Made by a program: the position numbers and the translations under genes. From Bdellovibrionales bacterium (GTDB lineage: Bacteria > Bdellovibrionota > Bdellovibrionia > Bdellovibrionales > Bdellovibrionaceae): DNA of 64,000 nucleotides. The stretch is taken from contig JANMPT010000028.1 in assembly GCA_031370005.1 (NCBI GenBank), positions 1 to 64,000 on the forward strand. Reading direction: 5' to 3'. Positions 58,345-64,000 of the stretch are shown here, one piece after another (the first letter of the stretch is position 1; each line of letters opens with the position of its first letter). Below the pieces are notes generated by a model. The model was not told where the DNA came from and made no database searches. It worked only from the letters and a program-made list of their open reading frames with translations.

Positions 58345-59612
58345 AACCAAGCTTCGAATTGATAGCCAAAAGTGGTGCCTTCATTTTTATCTTTAAATGT
58401 CGGCGCAGCTGAAGCTATAAAACTGCGATTTGAAGTTGTCCAAAATGAATGCGAAAGAAAAGCTCTCATTACTGGGCGCATCCAAATACTTTTTCCAATA
58501 GATAACTGCGGAGAAATACTCACTCGACCCAAGGCGCGCTCCCCGATTGATTCACCGCTAGCAGCGACTTCCGCATCGTTTTTAATGCGAGAGTAGCCGG
58601 TTTCAAAAACCCATTGGAATCTATCTGTGACAAAATATATCGGGCGAATACCAACCTCTTGCCATTCACGATAGTTCTTAGTTGCAGTGCCATTCCCACC
58701 TATCTCAGCCGCAGCTGCGATCATCACCGCCCACTTATCGGTGACGTCTTTGCTCCAGTCCTCGACCGCTCTTAATGTCCAAGCTCTATTTTGACTATCA
58801 TCAGTGGAAATGAGGGCACTGTTTGCATAGATATTGAAATCCTTCATAGCACCCTTACCATAAAGAAGAGTGAAGTTATTGTTGCCCTTAAAGGCAGACC
58901 CTTGCAAACGTCCGGCAAAAGAATAACCCGTAGTCGCTACATAATTACTCGTCGCATCTGAACTCGCCGGGGCCCATGCATAAACTCCCCACAAATACAG
59001 AGATTGATCTCCCATGGGAAGATCCCTCCAGCGAAGATCCAGAGCTTGAAGAACAGGTCTTCCCACCGAAGTGGTCAGATTTTCATTGGCTTGAATCAAA
59101 TGGGCGAAAGAAAATCTACCAACACCTAGCGGCAGGTTCTCAACTCCCGCTCCTACACCACTCATGTCAGCAAAATAGTACCAGTCAAAAATATAAAGAT
59201 CGACGTCACGATAAAAGCGTTTTCCAATCCAGAAGTCCCCTGGGACCTCTGAAAATCCACCAGCGCTAACAAAGGCCTCAATTTGATTTATATCACGGTC
59301 GGCCTTTGGCTCCCATTGACGCGCTCCCTTCGAGTTAAACTCTAGACGCATCTGCGTCTTAAAGTAATTCGCGTCGGTCTCATCTGCTTTTTTATTGATA
59401 AAAAAAACGGCAAGCTCTGAGTAAAACCCGCACTCATTACCTAAACGTAAGAAATTACCGGGGATTCCCACATTAAAAAAACATTCTTGCTGGCCACCCT
59501 CAAGGTTGAGCCCCGCCCCACCGCGAAGGTAACTAGTGAATTTTGCTTCCAGAGCGAAGACCGATGAGCTTATTGTCAAGATGTAACATACCAAAACTAG
59601 AAAACACTTCAT
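58341..59612 (-). CDS. lamB: Maltoporin (LamB family)
   Basis: YLRGG, RLGNEC, WIGKRFYR, DWYY, RPVMRAF, terminal GYQFEAWF. Signal peptide begins at the ATG at 59612. Confidence 0.9.
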   Translation of the reverse strand: MKCFLVLVCYILTISSSVFALEAKFTSYLRGGAGLNLEGGQQECFFNVGIPGNFLRLGNECGFYSELAVFFINKKADETDANYFKTQMRLEFNSKGARQWEPKADRDINQIEAFVSAGGFSEVPGDFWIGKRFYRDVDLYIFDWYYFADMSGVGAGVENLPLGVGRFSFAHLIQANENLTTSVGRPVLQALDLRWRDLPMGDQSLYLWGVYAWAPASSDATSNYVATTGYSFAGRLQGSAFKGNNNFTLLYGKGAMKDFNIYANSALISTDDSQNRAWTLRAVEDWSKDVTDKWAVMIAAAAEIGGNGTATKNYREWQEVGIRPIYFVTDRFQWVFETGYSRIKNDAEVAASGESIGERALGRVSISPQLSIGKSIWMRPVMRAFLSHSFWTTSNRSFIASAAPTFKDKNEGTTFGYQFEAWF

Positions 59613-59625
59613 TCTTTTCCCCGCT

Positions 59626-59667
59626 AAATCTCTTGAAATAAATCTCTTGAAATAAGTCTCTTGAAAA
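59626..59667. repeat. 14-bp tandem repeat x3 (AAATCTCTTGAAAT) between divergent lamB and pullulanase genes
   Basis: Two exact copies plus AAGTCTCTTGAAAA. Confidence 0.85.
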
Positions 59668-59766
59668 ATGCAAAAGATACTCATAAAGTCTGCGGCTGGC
59701 CACACTTTATGCAAACGGTCTTAAGCAATTCTTATGTAATTCCGATGCAAATGCCGAGGGGGAATA

Positions 59767-62421
59767 TTGAGCAGACTCTGCTGCCTGTTTTTTATTATTC
59801 TATTTCAAAGTCTTTCTGTTCAAGCAACAGGAGTCCGAGCACAGTGGCTGGACTCCACTCGCATTCTATACAGGCTCTCCCCTGGAACTTATATCAGCTC
59901 AACCACGCAGTTTTTTTTAGCAGATGGAACTCAGTCCGTTAAAACTGGCTCCATGACCTCTCTACCTTTGATTTCACTAAAGGACGATCAAGCTCTGCTT
60001 GATACCTCGATGCTCTCGCGAACAGATATTAAAAACCTGATTTCCCGCGGCCTCAGAGTTTTTATCACGACAGATTCAAAGCAGATTTTAGACTCTTCCG
60101 CAATTCAATACTCAGGACTCCTTGATGATCAGTTTTACTATGATGGTCACGATCTGGGTGGAGATTGTTTAAACAATAAATGCAATCTAAAACTGTGGGC
60201 TCCCACAGCCCAACGAGTCCGTGCTTTCCTTTTTTCAACAGCAACAACCCCTATTGATCAAGCGCAAATTCTGAATATGAATTTGGAAGACAAAGGAGTC
60301 TGGAGCCTCTCGCTGCCTCCTGAGTTCAAAAATTCATATTATCTCTATGAAGTGCAAGTTTATCAGCCCTTCACCGATAAAGTAGAAACCAATCTTGTCA
60401 CCGATCCTTATAGTAAAAGTTTGAGTGTCAATGGAACGCGCTCACAAATGGCTGACCTAACTGAAAGCTCTCTGCTTCCTAGCGGTTGGCAAAATCTCCA
60501 AAAGCCTGTGCTCAATAATTTAAAAGACACTGTGATCTATGAACTTCATATCCGGGATTTTAGCGCCAACGACGTCTCCGTACCCGAGGACCTTCGTGGA
60601 ACATACTTAGCTTTTAACCAGAAAAATTCCGCAGGGATGCGCCATTTAAAAGCCCTGGCCGATGCTGGAATGACTCACTTACATCTTCTCCCATTCAATG
60701 ACTTTGGCAGCGTAAATGAAGATAAGTCCACTTGGGAGAACTATGTAGGCAATAGCCCTAATCTAAAAGAACCTCAAAGTGTTTTAAGCGGCATTCGCGC
60801 CAGTGATCCATTTAATTGGGGCTATGATCCGGTCCATTACATGGCGCCAGAGGGAAGCTATGCTCGTAACGCGGAGGGCACGGCACGAATCCTTGAGGTG
60901 CGACAAATGGTAAAAGCCTTGAATGAGTCCGGATTGCGCGTGGTCCAGGATGTGGTGCTAAATCATACCTACGAAAATGCTCTGGGTACTTTTTCGGTCT
61001 TTGATAAAATTGTTCCACTTTATTACTACCGCCTTGACGATCAGGGACAGGCATATAGAACTTCCTGCTGCTATGATACCGCAAGTGAGCACCGCATGAT
61101 GGAAAAATTGATGATCGATACTGTGGTCCATTGGGCAAAGACTTATAAAATTGACGGCTTTCGTTTTGATCTGATGTCTTTTCATTCACGCGCTACCATG
61201 GAGCGCCTACGCCAAGCTCTCCGTGCCTTGACAATAACAAACGATGGCGTGGATGGCTCAAAAATTATTCTCTACGGAGAGGGCTGGAGTTTTGGGTCAT
61301 TATTTAATCACGCACCAGCAGAGTCTATGAGCATTGAAAACTCCTATGGCACAGGCTATGGCTTCTTCAATGATCGTCTACGCGATGCCGTTCGCGGTGG
61401 AACCACCAACTCCGTTGAAAAATCTGATCAGGGCTTCGCCACTGGTTTGTACTTTGATTTCAATTACGAACCTGCTAATCGCAATACCCCGACGGATGAG
61501 GCCAGCCAAAAAGCAAAACTTTTACATTTGGGTGATGTGACCAAAGCTGGTCTTGCAGGGAATTTACGTGATTATACATTCAAAGAACATTTAGGCTCGA
61601 TTGTCCATGCGGGGGATCTCCGCTTCCGAGGATCTCCGGTGGCAGTGGCCTCTCAAGCGCTTGAAACCATCAATTATGTTTCTGCTCATGATGGCTATGC
61701 CCTTTGGGATGCTATTCAGGCCAAGGCGCCATTCCATACTCAAGGGCGCACTCCTGACCTTGCTAGCGCTGAAGACCGGCAACGCATACAGCAGCTGGCT
61801 TTAGCAATTCCGCTTCTTGGTCAAGGCATTCCCTTTGTTGAAGCTGGCACCGAGCTTTTACGTTCGAAAAATGGGGATCAAGATAGCTATGATTCTGGGG
61901 ACTTCTTTAATCGCATTGATTGGACAGGGACCACAAACTATTGGGGTGAGGGCCTGCCGCCGTCATGGAAAAATATTGACGACTGGCCTTTATGGCAACC
62001 CCGCTTGCTAGATCCCGGTCTAAAAGTAACTCCAAATCTGATTGCTAAGACTGATAATTATCTTAAAGCCTTGCTCCGTCTTAGAAAAAGCTCTGGCTTA
62101 TTTCGGCTAAACACTCTGGATGAAATTTCAAGGCAACTTTCCTTTATTGATAATGAGACAAGGCCTGAGCCCGGATTAATCGCAATGCTTTTACAAAATC
62201 AAAATGAGTCTCTTTTAATTTTCTTCAATGCTTCCCGTGAAAACCGCAGCTTCAACAATAGTGTTCTTAAAAAAAACTGGAGTCTTCACCCTCTATTTGA
62301 CGACAAAGTGGATAAGAACCTATCCGCAGTCATTATGAATCAAAGTCAAGGGTCTATACAGCTTCCAGGCCGTAGCACTGTGATTCTGAAGTTGAACGCT
62401 TCACAAAGAGGCCAGCAATGA
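59767..62421 (+). CDS. pulA: Pullulanase-type alpha-1,6-glucosidase (GH13)
   Basis: LWAPTA, IYELHIRDFS, FNWGYDP, DVVLNH, DGFRFDLM, YGEGW, YVSAHD. Signal peptide present. Confidence 0.9.
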   Translation: MSRLCCLFFIILFQSLSVQATGVRAQWLDSTRILYRLSPGTYISSTTQFFLADGTQSVKTGSMTSLPLISLKDDQALLDTSMLSRTDIKNLISRGLRVFITTDSKQILDSSAIQYSGLLDDQFYYDGHDLGGDCLNNKCNLKLWAPTAQRVRAFLFSTATTPIDQAQILNMNLEDKGVWSLSLPPEFKNSYYLYEVQVYQPFTDKVETNLVTDPYSKSLSVNGTRSQMADLTESSLLPSGWQNLQKPVLNNLKDTVIYELHIRDFSANDVSVPEDLRGTYLAFNQKNSAGMRHLKALADAGMTHLHLLPFNDFGSVNEDKSTWENYVGNSPNLKEPQSVLSGIRASDPFNWGYDPVHYMAPEGSYARNAEGTARILEVRQMVKALNESGLRVVQDVVLNHTYENALGTFSVFDKIVPLYYYRLDDQGQAYRTSCCYDTASEHRMMEKLMIDTVVHWAKTYKIDGFRFDLMSFHSRATMERLRQALRALTITNDGVDGSKIILYGEGWSFGSLFNHAPAESMSIENSYGTGYGFFNDRLRDAVRGGTTNSVEKSDQGFATGLYFDFNYEPANRNTPTDEASQKAKLLHLGDVTKAGLAGNLRDYTFKEHLGSIVHAGDLRFRGSPVAVASQALETINYVSAHDGYALWDAIQAKAPFHTQGRTPDLASAEDRQRIQQLALAIPLLGQGIPFVEAGTELLRSKNGDQDSYDSGDFFNRIDWTGTTNYWGEGLPPSWKNIDDWPLWQPRLLDPGLKVTPNLIAKTDNYLKALLRLRKSSGLFRLNTLDEISRQLSFIDNETRPEPGLIAMLLQNQNESLLIFFNASRENRSFNNSVLKKNWSLHPLFDDKVDKNLSAVIMNQSQGSIQLPGRSTVILKLNASQRGQQ

Positions 62422-64000
62422 CGTTTTTGCGTCTGTGGATTCTTTGGGTTTTAACTCTCACGACCAATATCGCACACGCTGAAAAAATGCGGATCCAAAT
62501 CTGGCACCAAATGATTTATGGACATCGCCAAGTCTTAGCAGAAGCTATTCAAAATTTTGAAAAAGAGAATCCAGATATCACTATTCAAGCAACCTATCGA
62601 GAAACCGAAGAGTTGCGTTCGAGCTATCAAGCTGCTGCCATGGGCGGCAGTGGTCCGGAGCTTGTCTATGGACCTAGTGATCAAATTGGCCCTTTTGCCA
62701 CCATGGGTATCATTCAACCTCTGGATGGAATTTTTGATAAAGAGCACTTTGCAAAATTTGATCCTCTGGCAACTCCACTTTATCAAGATAAGCACTATAT
62801 GCTAGGTGCATTGGTCGGAAATCACCTGATGCTGATCTATAATAAAAAGCTTATCGCCACACCTCCAAAAACAACCGACGAGCTTATCGCGATTGGCAAA
62901 AAATTTACCGTAGATCTAGATGGTGATGGAAAAATCGATCGCTTTGGCCTGGTCTTCAACTATACTGAGCCCTTCTTTATTGCTCCTTTTATCCCTGCTT
63001 TTGGCGATGCCATTATGAAAAATAATGCTCAACCAAATCTGGACACTGAAGGAGTTCGCGGGGCCTTCCAATTTATTTTAGATCTTCGCGATAAGTATAA
63101 AATCATCCCTAAAGAATGCGACTATGAAACTGCCAATGCGCTTTTCAAACAAGGTAAAGCCGCAATGCTCATTAATGGAGATTGGTCCTGGGGCGACTAC
63201 AAAGAAGCCAAAATGGATTTCGGTATAGCCCGCATACCAATGGTTTCACAGACCGGCCGCTGGCCAAGTCCTTTGGTTGGAACTACGGGATATTCTCTGA
63301 ATGTGAACGTCAAAGATCCAGCACGCCTAGCCGCCACGCTGAAGGTTCTGAATTACTTAACCTCTGAAAAAACTCAGCTGCTTTTTACCGAGCGCGTAGC
63401 CGTCTTGCCTTCCCTGCTGTCCCTTCGTGAAAATCCAGCAGTGAAAAACAACCCTTTGCTGCAGGTTTCCTCAGATATTATGACCGTAGGAACTCCTATG
63501 CCAGTGGTTCCTGAAATTCGCGCGGTCTGGGACAGCCTTCGCATTCAGTATCAAAAAATTCTCGCAGGCTCCCTCACCCCAGACCTTGCCGCAAAGGGCG
63601 CACAGGTCATGGCTGAAGCTCAGATCAAAAATATGAACGAAATTGTTCAACCTGATGCCTCCCTTTGGATTATTAAAATCATCGTTTTATTGGGAACAAT
63701 ATGGCTATTATGGGCTTCTCGCTCAGGAGTGATGGGCTTTATCAAAGGCTTCTGGGGACCTCAACGTTTTGTTTATTTCATGATGCTTCCGGCCTTTGTT
63801 GGAATCTTTGCGGTGATCATTTACCCATTCTTCTATAATATAGCAATTTCACTTTCGAACTTCAGCCTGCGCACCTTCCAAGACTGGTCCCTGGTGGGCA
63901 TTCATCACTATGTTGAGGCTCTCACGGAACCGAAATTTTATTCACTATTCCTAAAGACCCTGATCTGGACAATCTCCAATGTCTTTTTCCATGTGACTAT
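62418..64000 (+). CDS. Maltodextrin ABC transporter MalE-MalF fusion (solute-binding domain fused to permease), truncated by the window end
   Basis: Absent from the ORF track because there is no stop in the window. ATGA-coupled to pulA. Reads MTFLRLW...IQIWHQ...GPELVYGPSD (binding protein), and the same frame ends MLPAFVGIFAVIIYPFFYNIAISLSN...KTLIWT (MalF-type TM region). Confidence 0.85.
   Translation, partial: MTFLRLWILWVLTLTTNIAHAEKMRIQIWHQMIYGHRQVLAEAIQNFEKENPDITIQATYRETEELRSSYQAAAMGGSGPELVYGPSDQIGPFATMGIIQPLDGIFDKEHFAKFDPLATPLYQDKHYMLGALVGNHLMLIYNKKLIATPPKTTDELIAIGKKFTVDLDGDGKIDRFGLVFNYTEPFFIAPFIPAFGDAIMKNNAQPNLDTEGVRGAFQFILDLRDKYKIIPKECDYETANALFKQGKAAMLINGDWSWGDYKEAKMDFGIARIPMVSQTGRWPSPLVGTTGYSLNVNVKDPARLAATLKVLNYLTSEKTQLLFTERVAVLPSLLSLRENPAVKNNPLLQVSSDIMTVGTPMPVVPEIRAVWDSLRIQYQKILAGSLTPDLAAKGAQVMAEAQIKNMNEIVQPDASLWIIKIIVLLGTIWLLWASRSGVMGFIKGFWGPQRFVYFMMLPAFVGIFAVIIYPFFYNIAISLSNFSLRTFQDWSLVGIHHYVEALTEPKFYSLFLKTLIWTISNVFFHVT

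Overview
A 64-kb chromosomal window most consistent with a Bdellovibrio-like predator (Bdellovibrionota). This assignment is inferred from an S74-capped trimeric fibre adhesin, a MalE-MalF fusion and the gene order. Most of the window is housekeeping: amidase-rph-rdgB, prs-rplY-pth-ychF, a phosphate/polyphosphate cluster (ppk1-sixA, ppx, phoU-phoB-phoR), thiL, a DEAD-box helicase, slt-oppBC, radA, glpK, dadA, hutI, gpmA, sucAB and a maltodextrin locus (malQ, lamB, pullulanase, malEF). The best candidate for an undescribed system is a ~12-kb biosynthetic-looking cluster at 537-12740. It has three parts: a BtaA/DUF3419-like SAM-dependent transferase; a divergent, translationally coupled operon (formyltransferase, alpha/beta hydrolase, OleC-like adenylating enzyme, UbiA-like membrane protein, RPH/PigC-type dikinase); and a convergent operon (DAG-kinase-family protein, extended SDR, acyl-ACP-reductase-like fusion). 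A second accessory zone at ~35-38 kb holds an orphan secreted protein, an HUH/Y1 transposase bracketed by 25-bp direct repeats and hairpins, an internally deleted DUF4143 ATPase and a HEPN-MNT pair bracketed by a different 25-bp repeat. Elsewhere there is a Fic gene with a triple palindromic upstream repeat, a HipB-like gene whose toxin partner is reduced to ~21 codons, and a 14-bp triple repeat in the maltose regulatory region. No rRNA, tRNA or CRISPR array was recognised. All calls are from motif recognition by eye, and some starts were moved from the ORF track using RBS and overlap evidence.
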